Assembly (NCBI RefSeq): GCF_006345805.1
Contig: NC_043009.1
Span: forward strand, 34,162,001 to 34,226,000
Length of the DNA stretch: 64,000 nucleotides
Source of the DNA: Octopus sinensis
Taxonomy: Eukaryota
Direction of reading: 5' to 3'
Shown here: piece by piece, positions 49,060 through 62,256 of the stretch
How positions within the stretch are numbered: the stretch's first letter is position 1
Layout: every line of letters begins with the position of its first letter
The notes under the pieces: generated by a model
Databases searched by the model: none
The model's input: the letters and a program-made list of their open reading frames with translations, nothing else
What the model was told of the DNA's origin: nothing
Made by a program: the position numbers and the translations under genes

Positions 49060-49854
49060 TTATTCACGTATCGTAATGCACTTCTTATTTTTTTTTTACC
49101 CATTTATAGATGAAATATTCCTGGAATATTTTTTGTGCAACCCTAATACTGTCTCTTTCCTTTCCTTTGCCTCTCTCTCTCTTTCTCTCCTTGTTACTCT
49201 CCTCATTTTCTCTAGTCCCTCTGACTCTTTCCCTCTCCTCCCACTACCACGTGACTGGTCACGATCGAAGGCGGTGTCATTCTCTTTCGCATTGCCTTCG
49301 ACAGGATCGGTTATGCTTCTCTATGTCCTCGTTCTACCTTTCTCGCATCTTTAGTCCTTTAGGACATTTTTCATTTCTCCTTTGCCTTACTGCTAGACCG
49401 CGGCTTTCTTTTATTTTGTAGTTCTATAAGTATTATTGTCATTTTTTGTTGTATATGTATTATCTTTTTGTCTTCACCTGGCCCTAAGGCTATATTCTGT
49501 TTATTTATTAAGTTTTTTTGTCCCTCATCCGTCTACTAACATCCTCGTCTCGAATTACTTTTATACATTTTCGTATGTCCATTTCCGTATTTCTTGTGCA
49601 TCCATTGTCTGTTCGTCTCCTTTTGTTTTATGTTTTGGTCGGATTCCCAGCAAGTTTCCATGCTGGTTGCCTCCAGAGTGGAAGTAACATTATCGATAAT
49701 AGCACGAAATTGCATTGGCACCCAGGCCGATAACTGATCAGAAATTGGTGACTTTCTGTATTTGTTTTCCGTTCGTCTGTGTATATGTTTTTCAACTTGA
49801 CGTTCTGTGTTCTCTTTTCCGTTCATTTGTTTATTACTATACGTGTTTGACTTC

Positions 49855-49870
<16 letters not shown>
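49060..49870. mobile_element. Unclassified non-coding repeat with strong purine/pyrimidine strand bias
   Basis: Layout resembles the 58.8-60.9 kb unit (cacgtgg next to a purine tract, GAAATTGCA motif). Confidence 0.4.
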
Positions 49871-49899
<29 letters not shown>

Positions 49900-50049
49900 C
49901 GTTTTTGGATTTGGTTTGCAAGATTCTTTATATGAGTTCGTATGTTGAAGCATATTCTGTTGTGTCTAGGGAGTGTAATTTTCTTTTTGTGCCTTATTAT
50001 GTAAAATACTTACCGGTAAAATTTCCACTTTTTTCTTATTTTTATTGTC

Positions 50050-50086
50050 CTAAAATTTTCGTTGCGTCTTGCAACCTTTTCAATAG
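50050..50086 (-). ncRNA. Candidate minimal hammerhead, U3-A8 variant, in a fold-back (50057-50089 / 50099-50131)
   Basis: Minus strand: cta-TTGAAAA-G-gttgc-aagac-gcaac-GAA-AATT-T-tag; a degenerate mirror copy lies on the plus strand. Confidence 0.55.
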
Positions 50087-50378
50087 TTTTGACTCTGTAA
50101 ACTATTGAAAAGGTTGCAAGACACAATGAAATTCCTTTTAATTGTGTGAGTGTGTACGCGTGTGTATATGTATATGTATGTACATATATTATATGTATAT
50201 GTGTGTGCGTGTGTATATTTGTATATGTGTATATATATGTATATATATGAGTGTAAGACTGTTATCCGGTGCATATGTGCGACTTTCATGCACATGTCCA
50301 TCTTCATTTATGGATATGCATATGTTTGTATATGTGCGGTTGTAGGCTGTAGGTGTGTGATGGGAGGGTATATTTATC

Positions 50379-50411
<33 letters not shown>

Positions 50412-50953
50412 ATATTATGTATGTATGTATGTATGTATGTATGAGGAAGTGCGAATGTATGTCTGTATATATATATATATATATATATACACGTATATTC
50501 ATACGCATAAATGTTTTAATATATATGTATTATGTTACGTGTATGTATGTAAGCACCTATGTGTATACGAGGATGTGGTTGCGTACATACATATATATAC
50601 ACGTATCTGCGTGTGTATGTGGCTATGTGTGCAAGTATGAGTATGTACATACATATGTGTGTGCATGTACGTATACATGTGTGTACATAAGTAGACGTTG
50701 TGAACGCAGGAGGTTTATGTCTATGTATTGTGAGAATATGGTTGCGTGTATTTTTTCTTTATTTTCTTTTTCCACATATTAGAGTTACTTCCCTTTTATT
50801 TAACGGTTTTTCATAGCGCCTGTTGCCATTAATAACCGACGAAAATGTATCGTAACTCTTCTCTCCGACATTCGAAACTCCAAGTACTATAATGACAACT
50901 TTTTAGTGTTTGTTCTAAATTATAATACACACACACATACACACACACACAAC

Positions 50954-50988
<35 letters not shown>

Positions 50989-53080
50989 AACGTTATACAA
51001 TGTTTCTAAATAGTATAGAAAATAAGGCAAAATGGGCATAAATACTGTAACAGTATATTAGTAACATACACCCAAGCGATTTGCGTCATTCTCACATGAA
51101 AACTAATACTGTGGTTGTGGTTCTTAGAGAATTCAGGCTGGTGTTTTAGTAAACTGTGGCCTAGATTTGTTTCGCTTCTTTACCAAGGCATTTACTTCTA
51201 CACAAATGCAAACAAAAAGATTAAATTGGGATGCATTATTCACATCAGTAACCCAGTTTCATAAAAAGGCATAATGTGATAGAGATTCAGTTATTATCTG
51301 GTTTTAAAAAGAAATATATCAAATTTATTTAAACGGTGTGGCTTTAATACTGGCAGGCAGGCAGCTCAATGAGGCTGTTTTATTTTAAAATTTGTATTTC
51401 GTAAGCCACAGAATACGAAATATTACCCTTTTGAAAAAATAACTTTGAGTTGATTTTGTCATCAAAAATGTGCATGCTTGAGATCTACAATATAAGATTA
51501 TACTGAGGTCCTCAGTGACCGGTTTTAACAGATGTTTTAGAGACAGATCGATAACTAAATTCTATGATAGGATTCCAATCGGAAGTTTCAGTCATTTGTT
51601 GGATGTTCAGACGCGAAAATTGACATATGGGTGGGGTAACTAATGTTATCATCTCATTTCATGCAACCATCATCAACATCCTCGATGTTATCGTTGTCGT
51701 CATTGTCGTTGTCACTGGCGTCATCATCTTCATCATCTTCGTCATCAACGTCGTCTACGTCATCTTCGTTGCCGTAGTCATCAACAAAAGCTATCATCAT
51801 CAACTATCATTATCATTATAAACGTCGTCGTTTTTGTCATTATCAACAATGGTACCTAACTTACTTTAGTAATCATTATCACAGTCAGCAATGTCCTCAT
51901 CACTACCATCACTAATACTAACCACCTACCATTTCATCATTCCCAGCATCTTCCCCATCATTGCTATTATCCTTATCAGCACAACACCCACCACCATCAC
52001 TTTCCCTCCTTCTTTTGATGATCGTGATCATCTTTATGTCCAGCCTTCTGCTTCCTCATCATTACTATTACCATCGTCATTATCATACTCATTGTTGTAA
52101 TCATCTCCATTGTTCTCATTGTTACCCCGCCGCCAACAATGACTCACAACTACCAAACCTTAGCAACCTCCACTCGCCACTCGCTCCCATAACTACTCTT
52201 ATACTCCACAACAACTATTCCACTTTCTCCTCCACTCCTTCCCCTCCTGTCCTCCTACTCCTACTCCCCCTCATCATCATTACAATTCGCACGAAGTACT
52301 TGCGTTCCTTGGTGTTTTCGCAGTTGTTGCTATTTTGGTTGTTGCTCAATGTGTGAAAATTGTTAGTCACGTAATCGCCTCTACAAGAACAACCGGGTCA
52401 TTCTACCAAATTTATATCCCCACCTCTCTCAATCACATTTTCAACCTTAAGTTCCTTGCTATCACCCCCAACAGACGTCCTTTTGTCTGTTAAGTTCTAA
52501 GAACTGAATGAATACCTTTTTTGTTCCAAATGAAAACAACTACTGTTGGATTTGCAGACAGCCAAATATGTGTGTGTGCGTGGTGTGTGTGTATAATGCG
52601 TATATATACACACATAGAACAGACAGACAGGCAGACAGACAGACAGACAGACAGATAGACAGACAGACAGATAGATAGATAGGCAAACATTGGTACTTAG
52701 GGAATGAGAACATGGAGATCATGCAAGCAATATTTGTCCTTCGTTATCTGTAGAATATTAATGACTGCTTCTCCTATACATATTAGGGCGATCTTATGTT
52801 AAGCGTTGGCTCACTCATCCTTCTATCCTTATGTCTCATCACAAAAACTTTTACTAAAAGACATTATAAATAAAAGTATGTTAAAGATTGTCTTCATATA
52901 TAAGTTCAGAAGTAAATAAGACATTCAGAGTGTTATTCACAAATAAAAGACACTCCAAGATAAAATTCAAAATACTTTTTGAACAAACGAACAAAATATA
53001 TATAAGCTTAAAGATAATTCTAAGTACAGTAAATCTCGAGCTGAAGAACTCAGTGTACTGAGTTTTTAAAGACATGGTTG

Positions 53081-53162
<82 letters not shown>

Positions 53163-53360
53163 ACACACTAGCTGGAGTATCTCGTCGTTACCGGGTAGTT
53201 TTACAATAAAATACCTTGGCGGACTTTCGGAATAGAACACCCACACACTCGTAATTTGGATTTTCTCCGTTTTGACGGGGGATTTTTCAAATGCTTTCTT
53301 CACCACACTCTTGAAAATGATAAAGGAAATCTTTATATATATATATATATAATATATATA

Positions 53361-53444
<84 letters not shown>

Positions 53445-53839
53445 AAATTACATTATATAAAAGGGCTTAGTAAAATAAATTACTTTGCCGCATACTGAAC
53501 TCATTAGAAATAGCAGCTAAAAAAACCTTTTTTAAAACTATTTCTAATACTTAAAGAAAACCTCTCTCATATAGTGTTTGCTCAATTCAACTCACGAAAG
53601 TATGGGGGTAAAGACATTAAAAAATCAAATGCAAAGGTTATTTGAGAACGGATTTTACCGAAAAAAGCATAGTGTTTACTGATTTTAACCCACGCTGGTG
53701 GAAAGGGGAGAGCAGAAATTCTTCGCTTGCATATTTGAGTTTGCTGGCACTGTTAGTTTCGAGCAGATCTTCAGAAGCGATAAGAAGCCGAAAGGGTATG
53801 CTCCCACTTTCAATGTTTTCAAATCAAACCAAGGAGTTC

Positions 53840-53889
53840 TGAGCTGATGATAGAAAGGTCGTGTGACTAATCTGAAACGTACGTTCTCA
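53840..53889 (+). ncRNA. Type I hammerhead motif, copy 1
   Basis: tgag-CTGATGA-t-aga..gtc-gtgt-gac..tct-GAA-ACGTACGT-T-ctca. Confidence 0.75.
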
Positions 53890-54392
53890 AATAACCTTTG
53901 CATTGATTTTTTTTTTTAATGTCTTACCCCCATACTTCGTGAGTTGAATGAGCAAACACTATATGAGAGAGGTTTTCTTTAAGTATTAGAAATAGTTTTA
54001 AAAAAGGTTCTTTTTAGCTGCTATTTCTAATGAGTTCAGTATGCGGCAAGTAATTTATTTTACTAAGCCCTTTTATATAATGTATAATTTGAATTCGCCT
54101 TAAATGGTCCTTTGCATACTGAATACTTGGTGAAATTGATTAATTATTAATTTTACCCTCAATTTTGAAATTATAATTCATCTCTCTCTATTTAATGCCT
54201 CGGATTTTTACCGAAAAAAGCATAGTGTTTACTGATTTTAACCCACGCTGGTGGAAAGGGGAGAGCAGAAATTCTTCGCTTGCATATTTGAGTTTGCTGG
54301 CACTGTTAGTTTCGAGCAGATCTTCAGAAGCGATAAGAAGCCGAAAGGGTATGCTCCCACTTTCAGTTTTTCAAATCCAAACCAAGGAGTTC

Positions 54393-54443
54393 TGAGCTGA
54401 TGATAGAAGTTCGTGTTGACTAATCTTGAAACGTACGTTCTCA
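54393..54443 (+). ncRNA. Type I hammerhead motif, copy 2
   Basis: Same motif, with indels in stem II. Confidence 0.65.
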
Positions 54444-54723
54444 AATAACCTTTGCATTTGATTTTTTAATGTCTTTAGCCCCATACTTTCGTGAGTTGAA
54501 TTGAGCAAACACTATATGAGAGAGGTTTCTTTTAAGTATTAGAAATAGTTTTAAAAAAGGTTTTTTTTTAGCTGCTATTTCTAATGAGTTCAGTATGCGG
54601 CAAGTATTTATTTTACTAAGCCCTTTTATAATGTAATAATTTGAATTCGCCACTATGGTGTCCCTTTCAATACTGAATACTTGGTGTGAAATTGATTAAT
54701 TAATAATTTTACCCTCATTGTTG

Positions 54724-54776
<53 letters not shown>

Positions 54777-54865
54777 GTTTATATATTTGTTGTGCAAGAT
54801 TTTTTATGTGAGTCGTGTGTTGAAACAGATATTGTTATGGTAGAACCTATCCTTTTAGTAGAACC

Positions 54866-55243
54866 CCCTGTACGGATAAGTACTGTACTGTATGTAGATT
54901 TAGCCCACAAACAAACTGTAAAGCCAGAAATGTAGTCTATAGTATAAGATGTATAGAGGGACGATGCAGTAACAAGACAATGACATATGTAGAGGAAACG
55001 GCACGAAGCATAGAAGATGAACATTGGAGAGAACTCAAGGAAGGTAAAAGCTCTTCGATTCTGTACCAACACGCCGAACAGGAACACGGGGGATCAATCA
55101 ACAACATAGAAATTAAAATATTGTCCACACAGAGATCAGATGCAATAACCAGACAAATTACAGAAGCTACACACATAATAGAATATAAACCTAGCCTGAA
55201 TAGGAAACTGGAATGGAACACTAACACACACCACAACATATGA
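54866..55243 (+). pseudogene. PLE GIY-YIG endonuclease with Cys-rich linker (Neptune-like)
   Basis: PCTDKYCTVC..NCKARNVVYSIRC..C..TYVEETARS..EH..RQITEATHIIEYKPSLNRKLEW, in a continuous frame. Confidence 0.85.
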
Positions 55244-55674
55244 CGGTAGAGAATCCCAATAAACTGGTTACAATATAAACAAAACCGAAAACATAATGAA
55301 TAAAATACACAGATAAATAAACAAATAGAAATAAATAACTATATAAGTTTTTTTTTAATTTAAAAGATTTTTTTGATTTATTATTATTACTAGCATTGTT
55401 GTTATACATACATACATATAAGCATACGTAATGATAATAATAATAAGTGGATGTAAACACATGAACAAAATAAGAATAAACAAAAACAACAACAACAAAA
55501 ACAAATTACATGAACGTATATAAACAGAAGATACAAATATTACAGGCACACACACACTAAATAAACATAGACGCACATAGAGATATAAGCATGTGCAAAT
55601 GAAGACATACAATAGAAATACAAAATGCCTGACGGTTAGTAAGAAGAGACACAAATAAGAAAGAAGAAAACAAA

Positions 55675-55719
55675 GGACCACTGATGCGGTCACAGGAGTG
55701 TGACGAAAGAACTCTGGCC
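55675..55719 (+). ncRNA. Candidate hammerhead in the 3' region of the Neptune-like PLE (A9 to C)
   Basis: ggacca-CTGATGC-G-gtcac-aggagt-gtgac-GAA-AGAACT-C-tggcc. Confidence 0.55.
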
Positions 55720-55837
55720 GAAATAAGATTAAGATTAATGTAAAAAATAAATAACACTGAAGCAAAATAACACCAAATATATAGTGCGTGTGTTTTTATT
55801 GGCTAAACTGGCAAAATGACCATTCCGAAATATAACA

Positions 55838-55945
<108 letters not shown>

Positions 55946-57049
55946 TTTAAGAATTCCCTCTCTCTCCCTTACGGACCGATTTTGTTCAAGTTACTTTTTA
56001 TGCACTACGCACTTTAAAACAATGGGAGACGCCTTTTTGGTAAAAGAAAAATTGAAATGTTTGAAAATTCATAAATGTTTTTCAACCCACCCTTCCTCAC
56101 TCTGTAGCGATTACGGCCAGTTTTCCTTTTTTTTTTTTGGCATTGCGCACTTAAAAACGATGGGAGAAACCTTGACGGTTTTTGAAAGTTGGTGATCCCC
56201 ACTTGCTTTAATTTCAAATAAAAAATGAAAACTAATTTTAAAACACTAGTGTAATTTTTACAAATGTTTTCACCCCATAAATCCTAAAATTTCAGATTTT
56301 TTTCGAAAATTTTTTAATCGTAGTTTTAAAATACGGACAGTCTGAATCTGCGGTTCGTTTCTGTTTATAATTTCAAAATAATTTTCGGACGAAAAGGTGC
56401 GTGATTTAAGGGAGATGTAGCACATCCTACGACCACCTTGTACCTTCCTCGTTTCTTTGTTACTCTAACGCTCACCCCGCACCAAGCGAGCCCGCGTGCG
56501 TGTGTGTGTCTGTGTGTGTCCGTGTGTGTGTGTGTATGTGTGTATTTCAAAATTACTTTGTCGCCCTAATGAAATTCATTATATGCATGCACACACACTG
56601 ACGCTCACACTCAGCGAGAGCAATATACTTTTATATATTGAGACAATGTGATAAATATATAGAGAAAGAGGGGAAAAGTTTACTATGAGAAAAACGAAAA
56701 ATGAAACAGATAGACAAATAGAGAAAGAGAGTGAGCTTTTCTGTTGCTATCACAGACTTTGAAATTTTAAAATTAAGTGAAAAATTTCAAAATTGTTATA
56801 TTGATGTCATTTTCAAGATGAATCAGATTTTGTGATTCATTTATTACATTTTAGAAAAATGTTACAGAGGTTTAAAATTTGATCATTTTTACCTAATCAG
56901 AAAACAAGATTCGCGCGTGCTAGTTGTGTATCATAAAATGAAAGTAAACGTTTGAAGATGAAGATTTAGACAAAATGAAAGCAATGTGTGAGAGATAATA
57001 CAAACTCAGAAAGTGAGAGATAATACAAACTCAGAAAGTGAGAGAGAAA

Positions 57050-57200
57050 GGGGGTGAGAGAGAGGGGGGTGACAGAGAGAGAGGGTGAGAGAGAGAGAGG
57101 GTGAGAGAGAGAGAGGGTGAGAGAGAGAGAGGGTGAGAGAGAGAGAGGGTGAGAGAGAGAGAGGGTGAGAGAGAGAGAGGGTGAGAGAGAGAGAGGGTGA
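57050..57200. repeat. 14-bp minisatellite (GAGAGAGAGAGGGT)n
   Basis: Direct reading of the sequence. Confidence 0.9.
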
Positions 57201-58723
57201 GAGTATGTGTGATAAAGAGTGTGGTTAATATATAGAGAGAAAGCTTGATGGTGACAGATAGAAGATGGAAGATTTGTCGATCTAAGAATTGAGTTACTTC
57301 TCGTAGAAAATTATATCTTTTTATTAATATTCACGGGCAATCTTCAAATGAGAGTGGGGTGGAGAAGGATGTATGCTTCAGTGAGTGCATATGTGTGTAT
57401 GTGTATGTTTGAAAGAAGGTGGAAAGGAGTGAGAGTTACAGAGATGGAGCTGAACTGGATATTTTCCTATGTGGTGGCCTCTAGTTCTGTTGTGTGTGCT
57501 GTTCTAGCTGTTGCTAATGTTTTTGGTGCTGTTACTGTTGTTGGTGTTGTTACTGTTGTCGTTGTTGTTGTTGTTGTTGTTGTTACTACTACTACTATTT
57601 TTGTCGTTACGTGAGTTGGACTTTCAACTCTAATCAAAGCAGCGTTCTTGTTTTCGCAAGCGTTGCTTTTGCTTATGCTGCTTTCGTTTGGAGCCAACCA
57701 GCTCCAAATTGAGTCAGTCTTGCGATCTTGTTGTTTGCTCGAGGATAGTAGAGATTCGCTCCTCTTGCTAGCAATATATATTGTATATAAAGGGTGCAGC
57801 GGCGATCACCAGCTGGCGGAAAATCTTCCTGTAGTTAAACTAGGAGTTTACTTGAAAAACATATACTTTTTTATCTAACCGGATGAAACTGCTATGCAAG
57901 AAATTTTTTCTTGAAGTGTTCATTATGGAATAAAAATTTTTAGGATCGTACAAACTCAGTAATAAAACGCACATTCATCTCACGATACATTACAAGTAGC
58001 CTTAGAGAGGATGGATACGACAGATGGTCAAATCGTACGGGGCCGGATCAAAAGTTTTCTTGATCAAAGCTGAACCAGGAGTAAATAACCATTACCAACA
58101 ACAACAACAGTAAGAGAAAAAAGCATCATTATCACAACCATCGCCCTCACCAATATTCATCATCACTACCACCTATATCATCATCACCACCGCCAACATC
58201 ATCACAGTAATGATCATAATCATTATCGCCACCATCAGAAACACAAATATGAACTTAATGAATGAACAAAAAAATAAACAAATGGAATTAAATGAAGTCA
58301 AATAAAAAGACCTCCACTAACATATAGAATAACGTAATGTTAAAGGGGGAGTTAATTATGCAAATGCTCTTCAATAATGATGGCCTTTAACTTCAGTGAA
58401 GAGAAACGTTACACGACTGAAGCGTTTCACACGGGAAGTACATATGTGTGTACACACACAAATATGGATGCGTGTGTGTGTTTATATGAGTGTGTGTATA
58501 GTGTGTGTGTGTGTGTGTGTGTGTGTTTTGTCAAATATCAGGTTGATTAATCAGTATTTAGTTCTGTTATAGGATGGGGGTCAAAGTTTTGACCCCGCTT
58601 GATGCCAATTTTACAAGTTTTTGTCAACTCGGCGCACTAACTTTTTTATGGCAAATTTTCATTTTGTATGTTACATTTTGTGCAGAATAAAAAGATAATT
58701 TCATTGATATATACATACATACA

Positions 58724-58769
<46 letters not shown>

Positions 58770-58774
<5 letters not shown>

Positions 58775-60247
58775 CAAAAATGGGACAAGAACCAAAACAT
58801 CCAGACAGGTGATACAATAAAGGGACAACAAAACATCCAGACAGTCGATACAAAGAAAACAAGGACGGGTCATTCGGAGTTTTCTATCCACAGTCGAGTT
58901 CCAGATTATCTTTGCAATTTCGGTTGGTTATACTCGAGATTGCTCCAATCTGGCCAGCCCCAATGAAAAACTAAGCTAAGAGTATTAGATTCCCTGGAAG
59001 AAAGCAGTAAATGTATACGAAAACAAGGACGGAAAAAACGGAGAAATGTTACACAAATACAAACGCAAGTAACAGGACATAACAACAGGTGCCTTTCGAC
59101 TAAAGACGAATTAAATTAAGCTGGAGTGTGTGGAAGTAAATCTTACGGCAGGTACATAACATTTGACAGGTACAGGAAGGAATATAGTTGTTGCACAGAT
59201 GGTAGTCGAACCAAGAAAAAAAGGACAGGCTTAGCCGAACACCGTTCACGTGGGAAGAAAAGAGAGAGGTAGAGGGATAGAAGAATTAAGGAGGGTCGAG
59301 AAAAATTGAAAAGAACACAGTGAAGTGAAAGAGGAGGGAAAGTAAGCATGAAGAAAAGGCCAGGAAATGTGAGAGAAGGGGAACGAAAGAACGAAGAGTG
59401 GAATGAACGAAGTAAGCTTGAAAGGGCTGATAGAAAGAAGGAAAGAATAGAAAGATAGAGTTGTACAAAACTTATATATATATATATAATTATATATAAG
59501 AGACCAAAATTACGTACGCCGTTATATTTTTTTATATAAAAAAATACAAAAAGGGGACAAGAACGCAAAACATCCAGACAGGTGATACAAAAAAGGGACA
59601 ACAAAACATCCAGACAGACGATACAAAGAAAACAAGGACGGGTCATTCGGAGTTTTCTATCCTCAGTCGAGTTCCAGATTATCTTTGCAATTTCGGTTGG
59701 TTATACTCGAGATTGCTCCAATCTGGCCAGCCCCAAGGAAAAACTAAGCTAAGAGTATTAGATTCCTTGGAAGAAAGCAGTGAATGTATACGAAAACAAG
59801 GACGGAAAAAACGGAGAAATGTTACACAAATACAAACGCAAGTAACAGGACATAACAACAGGTGTCTTTCGACTAAAGGCGAATTAAATTAAGCTGGAGT
59901 GTGTGGAAGTAAATCTTACGGCAGGGACATAACATTTGACAGGTACAGAAGGAATATAGTTGTTGCACAGATGGTAGTCGAACCAAGAAAGAAAGGACAG
60001 TCTTAGCCGAACACCGTTCACGTGGGAAGAAAAGAGAGAGGTAGAGGGATAGAAGAATTAAGGAGGGTCGAGAAAAATTGAAAAGAACACAGTGAAGTGA
60101 AAGAGGAGGGAAAGTAAGCATGAAGAGAAGGCCAGGAAATGTGAGAGAAGGGGAACGAAAGAACGAAGAGTGGAATGAACGAAGTAAGCTTGAAAGGGCT
60201 GATAGAAAGAAGGAAAGAATAGAAAGATAGAGTCGTACAAAACTTAT

Positions 60248-60328
<81 letters not shown>

Positions 60329-60956
60329 TGACCAAAATTACGTACGCCGTTATATTTTTTATATAAAAAAATACAAAAAGGGGACGAGAGCGCGAAACAT
60401 CCAGACAGTTAGGTGATACAAAAAAGGGACAATAAAACATCCAGACAGACGATACAAAGAAAACAAGGACGGATCATTCGGAGTTTTCTCTCCTCAGTCA
60501 AGTTCCTGATTATCTTTGCAATTTCGGTTGGTTATACTCGAGATTGCTCCAATCTGGCCAGCCCCAATGAAAAACTAAGCTAAGAGTATTAGATTCCTTG
60601 GAAGAAAACAGCGAATATATACTAAAACAAGGACGGAAAAAAACGGAGAAATGTTACTCAAATACAAACTTCGCTGCTTTCTTCCAAAGAATCCAATGCT
60701 CTTAGCTTCGTTTTTCCTTGGGGCTGGCCAGATTGGCGCAATCTCGAGTATGACCAGCCGAAATTGCAACGATAATCTGGAACTCGACTGAGGATATAAA
60801 ACCCCGAATGACCCATCCTTACTTTCCTTGTATCGTATGTCTGGATGCTTTGTTGTCCCTTTTTTGAATCACCTAACTGTCTGGATGTTTTGCGTTCTTG
60901 TCCCATTTTTGTATTTTTTATATATAAAAAAATATAGCGGCGTACGTACACTTTGG

Positions 60957-60960
<4 letters not shown>
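58770..60960. mobile_element. Tandem unit of about 800 bp (2 full + 1 partial) plus inverted terminal copy
   Basis: ccagacag..gtgatac at 58801, 59574 and 60401; 60670-60960 is a diverged reverse complement of 60325-60615. Confidence 0.85.
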
Positions 60961-61024
<64 letters not shown>

Positions 61025-61356
61025 TTGTACTTGTTTCAGTCATTTGACTGCTGCCATGCTGGATCAAATCGACCCCAGGACTTATTTTTTGTAAACCTAG
61101 TACTTATTCTATCGGTGTCTTTTGCCGAACCATTAAATTACGGGGACGTATGTATACCAGCATCAGTTGTCAAGCGGCGTTGGGGGGTGGACAAACACAG
61201 ACATACAAACACACACACATATACGATGGGCTTCTTTCAGTTTTCGTCTACCAAATCCACTCACAAGGCTTTCGTCGACCCGAGGCTATTGAAGACACTT
61301 GCCCAAGTTGCCACGCAGTGGGACTAAACCCTGAACTATGTGGTTGGTAAGCAAAC
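61025..61356 (-). mobile_element. SINE family B, older copy
   Basis: Family B core and tail on the minus strand. Confidence 0.85.
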
Positions 61357-62256
61357 AATGCCTTTATTTTAATTAAGTTTAATTGAATGACCTTGCAAAT
61401 TTTCATGAATTTAACTTTTTGACTTATTTCGTGATATAAACCTTCCTGTTAATAACGATTGCTTTAATCTTAATTTTAAGGTACATATTATAGTCAGGCT
61501 AAAAGTAGTTCGATATGAAATTTGTTAACTTAAAATTTGCAGACAGTGTATTTGAGAAAAAATGGATCTGGCAGACAAAATTAATGGAAACCTCATTACA
61601 GACATTGTTTGTAGGCTTGAAAGTATGCTGTGAACAAACGATCAAGTTTCAAATTACTCTGTTCATTTTAACTAGATAGATATGAACTTAAACAAAAATG
61701 AAATTAGAGTTATGTGATGGAAATTGTGTAAAATAATGTTTAAAAAACTTTAGGAGGTAGCGACATTACACCTCAGTATGCAAAATGACTTGGTCCCAGA
61801 AGAAAATTAAAGGCCCATATGTTTCCTTGGTGTGTGACCACCTACATATTTTGCTGAAAAAGAAAACACACCCAGTTATTTTCTAAGACGTAACTGGGGG
61901 TTGGGGTGGAAAACTGTAATTTTTAAGAAAGCACTGCTGAGAGAGTTTCGGGGGAAATGGAGAAAAAGCTAAAGTAGTTAAAAATAGTTTTGATGATTAA
62001 TCATTCTCAGTCATATTGGGATTCAAATCCCTTGCATTATACAGAAGGAAAGGTTGATTTGTACCGTACAAATCGTCTCAGATTTGTACGGCACAAAAGA
62101 TAACAAATTTTTAACCGTACCTTCCACGTAAAGATGAAGTGGTGCTATGCAGAGAAAGGTAACTTACGAAACAGTCCAACAAAGACACACCAAGGAAAGT
62201 GTTATGGGCTTAAGTTCTGTTGGAGTCCACTAGCTCAAATTGCAAAGTTTATTCAG

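Larger units (their letters stand above)
53449..54730 (+). mobile_element. PLE-type pseudo-LTR: inverted arm plus two tandem units of about 550 bp
   Basis: 53449-53650 is the reverse complement of 53882-54084; the unit 53650-54180 is repeated at 54199-54730. Confidence 0.8.

Noticed and set aside
58860-58990. Hammerhead in the 800-bp tandem unit (CTGAGGA..GAAT; GAAATTGCA)
   Set aside because: Core, stem II and stem III cannot be assembled in a single register, and U16.1 is missing.
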